This document shows positions 50,332 through 60,054 of a DNA stretch of 64,000 nucleotides, in pieces. Source of the stretch: an uncultured Chloroflexia bacterium (GTDB taxonomy: Bacteria > Chloroflexota > Anaerolineae > JAAYZQ01). The stretch is taken from positions 384,001-448,000 of the forward strand of contig CAVOXA010000001.1 in the NCBI GenBank assembly GCA_963700285.1. The letters are read 5' to 3'. Position numbers and translations under genes: made by a program. Every line of letters starts with the position of its first letter. The first letter of the stretch is position 1. Below the pieces are notes generated by a model that was given only the letters and a program-made list of their open reading frames with translations, made no database searches and had not been told where the DNA came from.

Positions 50332-52050
50332 CTAGAAGAATTGTTCGCGGCGAGGCCGGTTGCGGAGATCCCAGATGAGGGCTGCTGCTACGGCCAAAAA
50401 GAGGACCCCAAGGATAGCGACCGGCAGGACGGGGAAGGCACGTGGTTGTCCGGCGTTTACCTCAAAAGCATCCACATTGGCAGGGCCGTGGGCTCCATCA
50501 TCGACCGTCAAGCGTACCACGTGCTGGTCGGTCGCCAGTCCGCTGCCAATGGGCCGACGGGCTTGCCATACGGTGTCCTGGGCCTGGAGATCCAGGTAGG
50601 ACCGGCCCTGGTCATCGGTGGGCAGGCCGGCGACGTTGCGGCCATCTAGCGTCACGAAAAGCCGGCCCTCCTGAGGGCCTTGGCGGGCGAGAAGATCCAC
50701 CGAGTGGCCCCGGAAGGTGAAGGTCAGGCTAGCGCCAGACTCAGTGCTTCGTAGCAGGGCCTGACCACTGGCCTCAGGGGCGATCACACTCCTCCAGCCA
50801 GATCCGGCAGCCACCGCAGGGTTGGTCTCCTCAAAGTGCCCTGGCGGCGCGACAAAAAGCGCGCCAGCCGCGTCCTGGACGGCGTCGTACACGCGGCGGG
50901 GGGTAAAGTCAACGTCGACCATGCGGAAGTAGTATGCCGCGTCGTCAGGGGCGTATTGTTGGCCCGTTTGACGAAAATACCAGATGTTGAACACGCCTGC
51001 CCAAGGCCAGTCCCGCTGGGCCAACTCGATGCCCTGCAAGGTGTATTCGGCCTGCTCTTCCTCGCTCACCCGTTTCCAGACAAGATCCTCTTTGGCGAAA
51101 TAGTCCGGTGCGGCGTTCCACCCGTATTCGTTGACCCATACGGCTTTGCCGCTGTCGCCGTGCTGCTCCATGATTTCCCGTTGAAGTTCCACACGCCGGA
51201 AGTTGAGTACGTCGGGGTCAGGTGGATCGTCGGGTGGGAGGTCAAAGCCAAAGGCGTTGACTGACAGGATGTCGAAAAACTCACCGGCGCCGGCCTTGTA
51301 CATCGCCTCCAAGTATTCCCCATCGGGCATCGAACGCCATTTCTCCGGATCCGGATGCGGCTCGCCCAAGGTGATGGCCAAGGGTGCCGACAAAACGTAC
51401 ACGTCGGGGTCAGCCTCCTTGGCTCGCTGGTACGCGATCTTGAGCAACTCGGTGTAAGCTTCCGGGTCAACAGCCTGCTCACCCCACTCGGGGTAGATAT
51501 TCGGCTCATTCCAGATTTGGATGTACTGTACCCGTCCACGGAAATGATCGACAAAGGCATATACAAAATCGCCATAGTCCTCAAAACTGGTGGGGGGTGT
51601 TTCGGGACGTGTGTCCTGGATGCGGGCCCAAGCAGGAGCCCGGTCCAGGCGGGCGATGACCTGCAATCCGTTGGCCCGGTACAGGTCCACAAGCTGGTCG
51701 AATTTCTCCCAACTGCTTTCGCCGCTCACCGGATCGATGAACTCACCCTTGCGAAGTGGCTCGATCTCGGCCCAGGCGAACTGCTGTTTGGCCCAGCCCA
51801 GACCAGCCTGCCGAGCCATCTCGACGGTTCGTTCCCGCTTCCAGGGTTCAACCTCGCGGGCCAAAAAAAAATCAGCGCCATAGGGGTTGACATCAGTGTT
51901 GGGTACTGTCCGGGCCGGGCGCCAGGTGTCCCCCGATGAGCGTACCGAGAGGGAGTAGCGGATGAGAACCACACCTAGTAGCCCGGCCAGTAGTACCAGA
52001 ATGGCTATGCTCACAACCGTCCGAAGGCGCAAACTTGGTCTCCTTGTCAA
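50332..52050 (-). CDS. Membrane-anchored clan GH-A glycoside hydrolase (GH5/GH39-like)
   Basis: N- and C-terminal TMs, IWNEPN acid/base, VNEYGW nucleophile, C-terminal beta domain. Confidence 0.8.
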   Translation of the reverse strand: MTRRPSLRLRTVVSIAILVLLAGLLGVVLIRYSLSVRSSGDTWRPARTVPNTDVNPYGADFFLAREVEPWKRERTVEMARQAGLGWAKQQFAWAEIEPLRKGEFIDPVSGESSWEKFDQLVDLYRANGLQVIARLDRAPAWARIQDTRPETPPTSFEDYGDFVYAFVDHFRGRVQYIQIWNEPNIYPEWGEQAVDPEAYTELLKIAYQRAKEADPDVYVLSAPLAITLGEPHPDPEKWRSMPDGEYLEAMYKAGAGEFFDILSVNAFGFDLPPDDPPDPDVLNFRRVELQREIMEQHGDSGKAVWVNEYGWNAAPDYFAKEDLVWKRVSEEEQAEYTLQGIELAQRDWPWAGVFNIWYFRQTGQQYAPDDAAYYFRMVDVDFTPRRVYDAVQDAAGALFVAPPGHFEETNPAVAAGSGWRSVIAPEASGQALLRSTESGASLTFTFRGHSVDLLARQGPQEGRLFVTLDGRNVAGLPTDDQGRSYLDLQAQDTVWQARRPIGSGLATDQHVVRLTVDDGAHGPANVDAFEVNAGQPRAFPVLPVAILGVLFLAVAAALIWDLRNRPRREQFF

Positions 52051-52214
52051 CCCTGTCCGGCTGGCAGGGGAGTCGGGGTCTGGACCTCGTCAATCCACAA
52101 GTCTGCCAGCGGATGGTTGAAGGAGTATACCAGAAAACGCAGAAAGACGCAATGAGCAGCAGTTACCCCTGCAAGGAGCAGGCGAGTCGGGTGTGATCGA
52201 AGACGGGTTTCGCT

Positions 52215-52766
52215 CTAGGGTGTGGATGTCTCGATGGGCAGGCCAGCTTGTTGCCAAGCGGCGTAGCCACCCAGCAGGGCTTGAACGTTGGTGAACCCCA
52301 GGTCCATTAGCTTTCGTGCCACACGGGCACTCTGTTGCTCCTGGCCTCAAGTTCAGTAGAGGACCAGATCTTTGTCGCGGGCCAAGTCCTCCAGACGAGC
52401 ATCAATCTCTTCTTCGGGGATAGAGATTGCCCCTGCCGCGTGGGATTTTTCGTAGGAGGCGCCGCTGCGTACATCCACCAAGACCGCCTGGCCTAGATCC
52501 AGCTTCTCCTGCGTCTCATCCAGAGAGGCACGCGGTACCGTCGGAAAGGGGATAGACTGGGAGGATAGGGGCTGTGCGGTAGACAGGGCACCTGAAGCTC
52601 CGCCAGCAGATTGTCGGTCTCGAAGGGAGAAGACGATCGCAAGGGCAAGGACTACCACGACCACCCCGACAACGGTTGGGACGAACAGCGATGGCTGTTT
52701 CTTGGCTCGGGTTTTCCCTTTCCCGGTGGACGTGGTCTTGCGATTCTTGTTTCGTTTTCTGGTCAT
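52215..52766 (-). CDS. Membrane-anchored rhodanese-domain selenoprotein candidate with two in-frame UGA (UTU)
   Basis: VDVRS..SHAAGAISIP..LVLY-TGA-ACT-TGA-GQEQQSARVARKLMDLGFTNVQALLGGYAAWQQAGLPIE..TAG; the rhodanese signature continues past both UGAs. Confidence 0.85.
52316..52330 (-). promoter_or_regulatory. Candidate bacterial SECIS hairpin
   Basis: GUGCC-CGUGU-GGCAC starts 16 nt 3' of the second UGA, with G at loop position 2. Confidence 0.6.
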
Positions 52767-52933
52767 TGATGCTGACAAGCCTTTCCCGATCGAATGATAA
52801 CAGATCTATAGACTATGGGCAAGGAAGCCAGGTCGATCCCGGTGCTCCCAGCCAATGCATAAAGGCGCCCCGATATCTGGGACGCCTCTGTCACATCGCA
52901 GAAACCTGGGCGAGGTTCAGATACACGCCTGGT

Positions 52934-54181
52934 TCAAGACAAAAAGTCGCGCAGCTTGCGACTCCGGCTGGGATGGCGCAGCCGTCCTAGCGCCTGGGCT
53001 TCGATCTGACGGATGCGCTCCCGGGTTACACCAAACTTTTTACCCACTTCTTCCAGCGTGTAGCTGTAGCCATCCACCAATCCGAAGCGCAGTTGAAGGA
53101 TCCGGACTTCTCGGGGCGTTAGCGAAACAAAGATGTCGTCGATCTGGTCCCTGAGCAACTGCTGCGATGCCTGGTCGGTGGGCGATGGGGCTTCGCTGTC
53201 TTCGATAAAGTCACCCAGGAAGCTGTCATCCTCCTCTCCTACCGGCATCTCCAGCGAGAGGGGGCGCTGAGCGACCTTGATGGTCCGCTCTACCTTCTTG
53301 GGACCGACACCCAACTCTTTTGCAATCTCCTCGGTGGTTGGATCACGACCCAACTCCTGGACCAACTGGCGAGTGACTCGCGCCAAACGGTTGATCTGTT
53401 CGTACATGTGCACCGGTACGCGGATGGTACGGCCCTGGTCGGCAATGGCCCGCGTTACGGCCTGCCGGATCCACCAGGTAGCGTAGGTAGAGAATTTGAA
53501 TCCTCGCCGGTAGTCGAATTTCTTGACTGCCCGGATGAGGCCGATGTTCCCTTCCTGGATTAGATCGAGGAAAGGTACTCCCCGCCCTACATACTTTTTG
53601 GCCACACTGACCACAAGACGGGAATTGGCCTTGATCAGGTGCTCCTGAGCTGCCTGTCCATCCCTGATCAACTCTCGCAGGTCCCAACGCTCATCTTCGC
53701 TCATGTGGCCGTCCCTACTCAGACGCCACTTGGCGTTACGTCCTGCTTCCATCCGCTTGGCAAGTGACACCTCTTGCTCGGCAGTTAGCAGAGGGATGCG
53801 TCCGATCTCCCTGAGATAGAGGCTAATGGAATCGTCCACGTCAATAGCAGTCAGATCTGCCTCCCCTGACATCGTCTCTGGTTTCGCGGTTTCTATCTTT
53901 TCCTTATCTCTAGCCACAGGCTCTTCCAGCTCAACGTCGCTGATCTCAATTCCCTGCTCGATAAGGGCTGCCAAGGCATCCTCCAGTTGCTCGATATTCA
54001 GTTCGGCTTCAGGGATAGCCTCCATCACGTCGTCGTACGTGACGTATCCCTGGCTGCGCCCCAAACCCAACAGCCCCTCGATGGCTGTTATCCCCTCCAA
54101 ATCCCCATTGGATGGTTCGTCCTTTTGGATCATTGGAGCCTTCTGTTCATCCACCACTTCCACCATACTCATCCTAACCAT
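52934..54181 (-). CDS. rpoD: Primary-type RNA polymerase sigma-70 factor
   Basis: [50 protein letters not shown]; start approximate. Confidence 0.93.
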   Translation of the reverse strand: MVRMSMVEVVDEQKAPMIQKDEPSNGDLEGITAIEGLLGLGRSQGYVTYDDVMEAIPEAELNIEQLEDALAALIEQGIEISDVELEEPVARDKEKIETAKPETMSGEADLTAIDVDDSISLYLREIGRIPLLTAEQEVSLAKRMEAGRNAKWRLSRDGHMSEDERWDLRELIRDGQAAQEHLIKANSRLVVSVAKKYVGRGVPFLDLIQEGNIGLIRAVKKFDYRRGFKFSTYATWWIRQAVTRAIADQGRTIRVPVHMYEQINRLARVTRQLVQELGRDPTTEEIAKELGVGPKKVERTIKVAQRPLSLEMPVGEEDDSFLGDFIEDSEAPSPTDQASQQLLRDQIDDIFVSLTPREVRILQLRFGLVDGYSYTLEEVGKKFGVTRERIRQIEAQALGRLRHPSRSRKLRDFLS

Positions 54182-54560
54182 TCTCTCCCACTTGCTGGGC
54201 TTGGCGATAGCACTCATGCCAAGGGCGGCAGCCCAGCTTGTGATCGACTTGATCCCCACACACCAAATGAGAGCCGGGCAAGATTGCATTGAGCAGCCAA
54301 TTTAGTCGGCACGATATTGTAAGGCCAGCATCTCCTTGCCGTCAGTAACCAAGGTCACACCTTCCCCGGCCAAGTACTCGCACCGGCAGAGGGAGGCGGC
54401 AACCATCTTGCCCAGCAAAGCTTAAAGCAGTAGTCACGGAGTGACCGTCTCATCTATGCCGCTAGACCCCCAGAGTCCAAGGATCATCCCCTACTCGACC
54501 TCAGCTAGACCTGGATCAGAGCCCTCCTACCTAAGGCAGGAGGAGAATGCAACCAACACC

Positions 54561-54569
54561 ATTATACCA
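54561..54569 (-). promoter_or_regulatory. Extended -10 promoter for rpoD
   Basis: Minus strand TGGTATAAT. Confidence 0.5.
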
Positions 54570-54735
54570 CGGAAAGGGAAAAAGTGTACCCCCCAGTTTT
54601 CTAAAAATATGTAAATTCGGTGCTCAAAACAGATATCTATGGCAAGTTTGAGCAACCGATGGAACCTTTTCTGCGGCCCGGAGGTGTCGCAAGCGAACCG
54701 TCTGGGTGCTACGGAGCGCCGGGGGCCTGGTTCAT

Positions 54736-54764
54736 TTGACAATACACGTCATCGGTTGTAAAAT
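54736..54764 (+). promoter_or_regulatory. sigma70 promoter for hppA
   Basis: TTGACA-17 nt-TAAAAT. Confidence 0.7.
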
Positions 54765-54893
54765 GTTGCGCGTTCACGCCGCCTAGGTACGAGTAGCAGC
54801 CAGAGCCCGGGCCCTCCGAGGCTTTGATTAGATCAGTGGCTGGCCCCGAGGCGACACGCGACATCGACATCTTGTTCAAGGAGGATCGAATAC

Positions 54894-57149
54894 ATGTCAG
54901 CACTCAATAGTTTCGAGCAGACCATGCTTTGGGGCGTGCTCGTAGTGGCATTTATTGCCCTGATCTATGCCTGGTGGTTGTGGCGCGACACGGTGCGCCG
55001 CGACAAGGGCAGCAAAGCGATGCAGGAGGTCTGGCTGGCAGTGAAGGTGGGCGCCAATGCCTACCTGGGACGGCAGTTGCGGACGATGCTGCCCATCCTG
55101 GCGCTGCTGGCCGTGGTCTTGTTCTTCAGCGTCTTTGTGGTCGAGCCAACTCGCGAAGCAAGGGAGGTGTTTCCCACCGAGGACGCCGCTCGCTTGTGGT
55201 TGGGAATTGGACGGAGCCTGGCCTTTATCCTTGGCGCAGGCTTTTCGATGCTGGTCGGGCAATTGGGCATGCGGGTGGCCATTGAGGGCAACATCCGGGT
55301 CGCGGCTGAAGCGGTTCGGGGCAATTATAACGGCGCGCTGACTGTGGCCTACCGGGCTGGTACCTTCACCGGGATGCTGACCGACGGCCTGGGCCTGCTG
55401 GGCGGTACCGCCATCTTTATGGTGTTCGCCCAGGCTGCCCCAGACGCCTTGCTTGGCTTTGGCCTGGGTGGTACGTTGGTGGCCCTCTTTATGCGCATCG
55501 GCGGAGGCATCTACACCAAGGCCGCTGACGTGGGCGCCGACTTGGTGGGGAAGGTGGAGCAGGGTTTGCCTGAGGATGACCCGCGCAATGCCGCTGTCAT
55601 CGCGGATCTGGTGGGCGACAACGTGGGCGACTGTGCCGGCATGGCCGCTGACATCTTTGAGAGCTACGAGGTCACCATCGTCTCGACGTTGATCCTGGGG
55701 CTGGTTTTGATGTACCAAACCGGCGATACCTTCTGGATCGTTTACCCCCTCATCGTACGGGCCATCGGCGTCATCTCTTCCATCTTTGGCACTTTTACGG
55801 TCCCGATCTGGGAGAAATTCCCCATCAAGTTCCTGCGGGCCCATGACGCCGAGGAGGCAATGTTCCGCTCCTACGAGGTGTCTTCCATTAATACCATCAT
55901 CTTTGCCTTTCTCTTCTCCTGGTTCTACGCCGGCGAGTGGCAGTTGGCGACGCTGAACGCTGTTGGTGTGGGGCTGGCCGTGGCCTTTAACCCACTCACT
56001 TCCCTCTTTACTTCGATCAAGCGCAAGCCGGTGCAGGAGATTGCCGAGTCCACCCAAACAGGCTCGGCCACGACAATCCTATCCGGTCTGGCTGTGGGAA
56101 TGGAGGCCAGTGTGTGGAGCCTGGTGGCGATTGTCATTGCGCTTTCCGCCGCCCTGATTGTCTTCCGGGGAGAGCCCATCATCTATACGTTCTACGGCGT
56201 GGCGATGGTCGGCATTGGCATGCTCTCACACACCGGCAACAACGTGGCCATGGACGCCTACGGTCCCATTGCAGACAATGCGGCTGGCATCGGGGAGATG
56301 GCCGGCGTTGGGGACCAGGCCAGATCTCTGCTGGACGAGCTGGATGCGGTGGGCAATACCACCAAGGCCATCACCAAACAGGTTGCTATTGCCTCAGCAG
56401 TGGTGGCCGCCACAGCTCTCTTTTTCTCTTTTGTGGCCGATGCATTGACCCTGGCCTATCCCGGTATGAGCGTTGAGGATCTGCTGGAGCAGGGCATTTC
56501 GATCGCCTCTCTGACAGGCATCATCGGCCTCCTGTTGGGTGGAGCGTTGCCTTTCTTGTTCTCAGCCTTCTCGCTGAGGGCCGTGGCCCGCGGCGCCAAC
56601 CTGGTTGTTGACGAGGTCCGCCGCCAGTTCAGGGTTCCGGGCGTGCTCGAAGGCACAGCGAAGCCGGATTACGGCAAAGTGGTGACTATCGCGACCTCCT
56701 CTGCCCAGAAGGAGTTGGTCAGCCTGGTCGCTCTATCAATCGGCGTGCCCCTGTTGGTCGGCGTCATTTTTGACGTGAAAGCGCTGGGCACCTTCCTGGC
56801 TGGCGTCATCCTGACTGGCCAGTTGCTGGCAGTCTTTATGGCTATCGCCGGTGGCGCACTGGACAATGCCAAAAAGTACATCGAGGATGGTCACTATGGC
56901 GGCAAAGGCTCGCCAGCTCATAAGGCGGGCGTAGAGGGTGATACGGTGGGCGACCCGCTCAAGGACACGGCCGGCCCGGCGCTGAACCCGATGATCAAGG
57001 TCGTGAACCTGGTGAGCTTGCTGGCTGCACCCTTGATCATCCAGGCGCAGGGTACCATTGGGCTCTGGATCGCTGGCGTTGGCCTGGCTGCCCTGGTCAT
57101 CTGGGCCATCTGGACGAGCAAGAAGGACGTGAATGTGGGTCTGGGCTAG
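54894..57149 (+). CDS. hppA: Membrane-bound H+-translocating pyrophosphatase, K+-independent type
   Basis: GGGIYTKAADVGADLVGKVE, GDNVGD, GNTTKA (Lys at the K+-dependence position), GDTVGDPLKD. Confidence 0.95.
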   Translation: MSALNSFEQTMLWGVLVVAFIALIYAWWLWRDTVRRDKGSKAMQEVWLAVKVGANAYLGRQLRTMLPILALLAVVLFFSVFVVEPTREAREVFPTEDAARLWLGIGRSLAFILGAGFSMLVGQLGMRVAIEGNIRVAAEAVRGNYNGALTVAYRAGTFTGMLTDGLGLLGGTAIFMVFAQAAPDALLGFGLGGTLVALFMRIGGGIYTKAADVGADLVGKVEQGLPEDDPRNAAVIADLVGDNVGDCAGMAADIFESYEVTIVSTLILGLVLMYQTGDTFWIVYPLIVRAIGVISSIFGTFTVPIWEKFPIKFLRAHDAEEAMFRSYEVSSINTIIFAFLFSWFYAGEWQLATLNAVGVGLAVAFNPLTSLFTSIKRKPVQEIAESTQTGSATTILSGLAVGMEASVWSLVAIVIALSAALIVFRGEPIIYTFYGVAMVGIGMLSHTGNNVAMDAYGPIADNAAGIGEMAGVGDQARSLLDELDAVGNTTKAITKQVAIASAVVAATALFFSFVADALTLAYPGMSVEDLLEQGISIASLTGIIGLLLGGALPFLFSAFSLRAVARGANLVVDEVRRQFRVPGVLEGTAKPDYGKVVTIATSSAQKELVSLVALSIGVPLLVGVIFDVKALGTFLAGVILTGQLLAVFMAIAGGALDNAKKYIEDGHYGGKGSPAHKAGVEGDTVGDPLKDTAGPALNPMIKVVNLVSLLAAPLIIQAQGTIGLWIAGVGLAALVIWAIWTSKKDVNVGLG

Positions 57150-57174
57150 CAAGTCCGGAGTACGGGAATGAGAA

Positions 57175-57203
57175 AGGGCTGGGGGATTGTACCCCCCAGC
57201 CCT
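57175..57203. terminator. Hairpin between convergent hppA and tyrS
   Basis: AGGGCTGGGGG-ATTGTAC-CCCCCAGCCCT with flanking T/A-rich bases. Confidence 0.7.
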
Positions 57204-57242
57204 CTGTTCGTGGTGTACGTGTCGCTACCCCCTCAAGTCCGG

Positions 57243-58475
57243 TTACCTTGCGATGATCCTATGGTACCGCTTCTTGCCAGCGCGGAGGAGGATGTCGCCA
57301 TCTACCAGGTTCTCAGTTGTAATGAGCGCGTCAACGGCGCTCACTGGCACGTCATTGACGTAGGCACCCATCTGCTGGATCAGGCGGCGGGCGTCGCCTC
57401 GAGAGCGGCAGAGCCCTGCCCGCTGAAACAGCTCGGGAGCCGGGATCCCGGCTTGTAGTTCACCCGCATCGACCTCGGTGGTAGGGACCGCATCGCTTAC
57501 CATGCCCTTGCCGAAAAGCTCGCGAGACGTATTTCGGGCCTCATGGGCCGCGTCTTGGCCGTGGAGTGTTTTGGTCGCCTCGAAGGCCAGTACCTCCTTC
57601 GCCTGGCGGATCTCGGCGCCGGAAAGCCGGCCAAGTTCGTGGACCTGATCCATGGGCAGAAAGGTAAAGATGGCCAGGAAACGCTCCACATCGGCATCCT
57701 CAGTATTGATCCAGTACTGGTAGAATTCGTAAGGCGAGGTCAGCTCGGGATCTAGCCAGATCGCACCCTCCGCTGTCTTGCCCATCTTTGCCCCGGAGCT
57801 TGTGGTCAGCAGTGGGTAGGTCAGAGCGAATGCCTGCGCAGCCTCTTTCCTGCGAATCAGGTCCACACCAGCCAGGATGTTGCCCCATTGGTCATTGCCG
57901 CCTGCCTGGAGCACGCAGCCGCGCGTCCGGTGGAGATGCAAAAAGTCATAGGACTGCAGAAGCATGTAGTTGAACTCGAGAAAGTTGAGCCCCCCCTCGC
58001 TGTCGTAGCGCCGACGGTAACCCTCAGCGGCCAGCATGCGATTGACGCTGAAGTGGCGGCCGATGTCGCGCAAGAACTCCACATAGTTGAGCGGCCGCAA
58101 CCAATCGGCATTGTTTAGCATGAGCGCCTTGTCCTGGGAAAAGTCAAGGAGGTTGGCCATCTGCTTTCTCAGATTGGCGACGTTGGCGTCGATTTGCTCA
58201 ACGGAAAGGAGCTTGCGCATCTCGTCTTTGTCACTGGGATCACCGATCATGCCCGTGCCACCGCCCATGAGGGCGATGGGTTTGTGACCGTGCCGCTGCA
58301 AGTGGGCCAGGGCCATGATGGGAACCAAGTGGCCCACATGAAAGCTAGGCGCGCTTGGATCAAAGCCCACGTAGCAGGTAATGGGCTGCTCCACAGCAGC
58401 CCGTACCCCCTCTTCGTCCGACACCTGTTCGATGAATCCTCGTTCCCTCAGTACGTCGTAGGCATTTGTGGTCAC
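57243..58475 (-). CDS. tyrS: Tyrosine--tRNA ligase
   Basis: YVGFDPS..HVGH, QAGGNDQWGNI, KMGKT, C-terminal S4-like domain. Confidence 0.97.
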   Translation of the reverse strand: MTTNAYDVLRERGFIEQVSDEEGVRAAVEQPITCYVGFDPSAPSFHVGHLVPIMALAHLQRHGHKPIALMGGGTGMIGDPSDKDEMRKLLSVEQIDANVANLRKQMANLLDFSQDKALMLNNADWLRPLNYVEFLRDIGRHFSVNRMLAAEGYRRRYDSEGGLNFLEFNYMLLQSYDFLHLHRTRGCVLQAGGNDQWGNILAGVDLIRRKEAAQAFALTYPLLTTSSGAKMGKTAEGAIWLDPELTSPYEFYQYWINTEDADVERFLAIFTFLPMDQVHELGRLSGAEIRQAKEVLAFEATKTLHGQDAAHEARNTSRELFGKGMVSDAVPTTEVDAGELQAGIPAPELFQRAGLCRSRGDARRLIQQMGAYVNDVPVSAVDALITTENLVDGDILLRAGKKRYHRIIAR

Positions 58476-58549
58476 GTCCCCATCCTCCTGACTTGCTGCT
58501 GATTGATGTGTCCCGCTCGGACAGCGCGCCCTAGCGGTTTGGTCCTGAA

Positions 58550-58587
58550 CAAATCAAAGGCCCCGGCACTCACTTGGAGGCCGGGGC
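58550..58587 (-). terminator. Attenuator terminator in the tyrS leader
   Basis: Minus strand GCCCCGGC-12 nt-GCCGGGGC followed by CTTTGATTTG. Confidence 0.75.
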
Positions 58588-58640
58588 TTGTGTGTGTTCA
58601 GCACGACGTGCATGAGCACTCTGGCTGTGCTAGGCAATTG

Positions 58641-58718
58641 TCATCTGCCCAGAGGCCTCCCCAGCCAACCGGCATAATCGTCGGTATAATAGAACGCCTC
58701 AGCCAGCAAAGAGTACAT
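58641..58718 (-). CDS. Tyr-rich leader peptide of tyrS (MYSLLAEAFYYTDDYAGWLGRPLGR)
   Basis: ATG 6 nt after GGAG; 4 Tyr codons in 25 aa; alternative in-frame ATG at 58730. Confidence 0.72.
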   Translation of the reverse strand: MYSLLAEAFYYTDDYAGWLGRPLGR

Positions 58719-58899
58719 CCAATGCTCCATGGATACTATCTCTGTCTTTTACCAATCCTCTGTGCTCTGGAGCGGAGATCCAGAGCGCGCCAAGTATAGC
58801 ACATGTCCGCAATTCTGGCAAACTGCCGCTTCGCTGGTAATAGGCATTAGGCATGCCTGGCCAATGCTACCCGCTGTGGCGTTGAGGTCCGTCTTTCTC

Positions 58900-59376
58900 T
58901 CAGCGAGCGTGCTGGCTGCGCTGCACGGCCCACTCGATGATGTCCGGGGTCCTGGCGACTGGCGTACAGAGGCGCTGGGGATCAGGTTGAATGCCGATGC
59001 GCCCCAGATCCAGCCGGTCAGAATCCCAGCATGCCTGGACTGTGACATCGGCATCCATCAGTCCATCGCTGTGATGGATACAGGCATAGGTCAGGAGTTC
59101 CAGCCTCTCCTCACAAAGTGACAGATAGGAGCCCTGCAGGCTCTGAGCAAAGGCCGCGGCCCGGCGTCCATGTTCCAGGTCCCAACCTTCGGTGAGCCGC
59201 TGGGAATCGTGGAGGTAGGCAAACAGCTCCGTGAGCTCTGGGTCTGCTCCCGTTTCTTTGGCTAGGCGCAGTCCATTCTCACACACACGCGCCCAGTGAT
59301 GGATACCGTGGATGCCCTCCAGGTCCAAGGCAAAGCCGCGCTGGATAAGGCTCATCAAGTCTCTGGAAATTGGCAT
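58900..59376 (-). CDS. HD-domain protein
   Basis: HGIHHWARV, YLHD, HG, CWDSDRLDLGR; RBS AGGAG. Confidence 0.85.
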   Translation of the reverse strand: MPISRDLMSLIQRGFALDLEGIHGIHHWARVCENGLRLAKETGADPELTELFAYLHDSQRLTEGWDLEHGRRAAAFAQSLQGSYLSLCEERLELLTYACIHHSDGLMDADVTVQACWDSDRLDLGRIGIQPDPQRLCTPVARTPDIIEWAVQRSQHAR

Positions 59377-59801
59377 TGTGGTGGCTCTCCTTGAACATCT
59401 GCGAATTCGGGTAATCAGATGAGAGTATAGCATGCTTTCTGTTGCTTGCCAAGTGAGGGCAGATTTGTCCTGTAAGAGGCCGCAGCGGCTGCGAGCTTTC
59501 GGTCCGCCCCAGCAGACCTCCGCGGGCCGAGATGGCTTCTACATAGAACCTCCATCTGATTTTCACCAAAACTCTAGAGTGTCGGTAGAAATCTCCATCT
59601 CTGTCTGATACACTGAGGTGGACAGTCACAATCGAGGATCCATGCTCGTACCCTGGGACAAGCAGGATCGATCTGCTGCCCGGCCTTTGCGCTTTGCCCC
59701 TCACACAGAACGCGTATCTCCATGCCTCTGCAAAGCAAAGGACTGTTGGCTCCCCCCCGGGAAGTGACCGCGGATGCCTGCCTGGCTTGGCAGCGATCAG
59801 G

Positions 59802-59828
59802 TGTAACGTTCTGCCACCCAAGCCGTTA
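59802..59828 (+). promoter_or_regulatory. Putative ECF sigma promoter
   Basis: TGTAAC-16 nt-CGTTA upstream of the DUF5666-like gene. Confidence 0.45.
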
Positions 59829-60054
59829 GACAGATGATTGGCACGGCACCTGTTGAGTCCGTTCAGGATAATCAAGGGGGGGTAAGATTGCCCAGGTAAG
59901 CATCCGCATATCGCTTCAGTGCAAGGAGGCCAACGATGTAGCGTAGCCAGTTGAGCAGTTGCTCGTCGATCGTGGACATTCGGTCCTGAATGGACCAAAC
60001 CAGTCTGTTCCAAGCGGGCATTCCACTAGTCAGTCTAAAACGAGGAGGTTTGTC

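Noticed and set aside
52347-52355. Genome-wide UGA reassignment or a simple pseudogene
   Set aside because: Many genes here end in TGA, including ATGA overlaps. Two independent nonsense mutations exactly at CxC with an intact downstream domain and a hairpin is less parsimonious than Sec.
58480-58800. T-box riboswitch upstream of tyrS
   Set aside because: No GGTGGNACCGCG-like T-box sequence before the terminator; a leader peptide explains the region better.
59279-60013. 244-aa minus-strand ORF
   Set aside because: No recognisable domain; it overlaps the HD gene start and promoter-like motifs.
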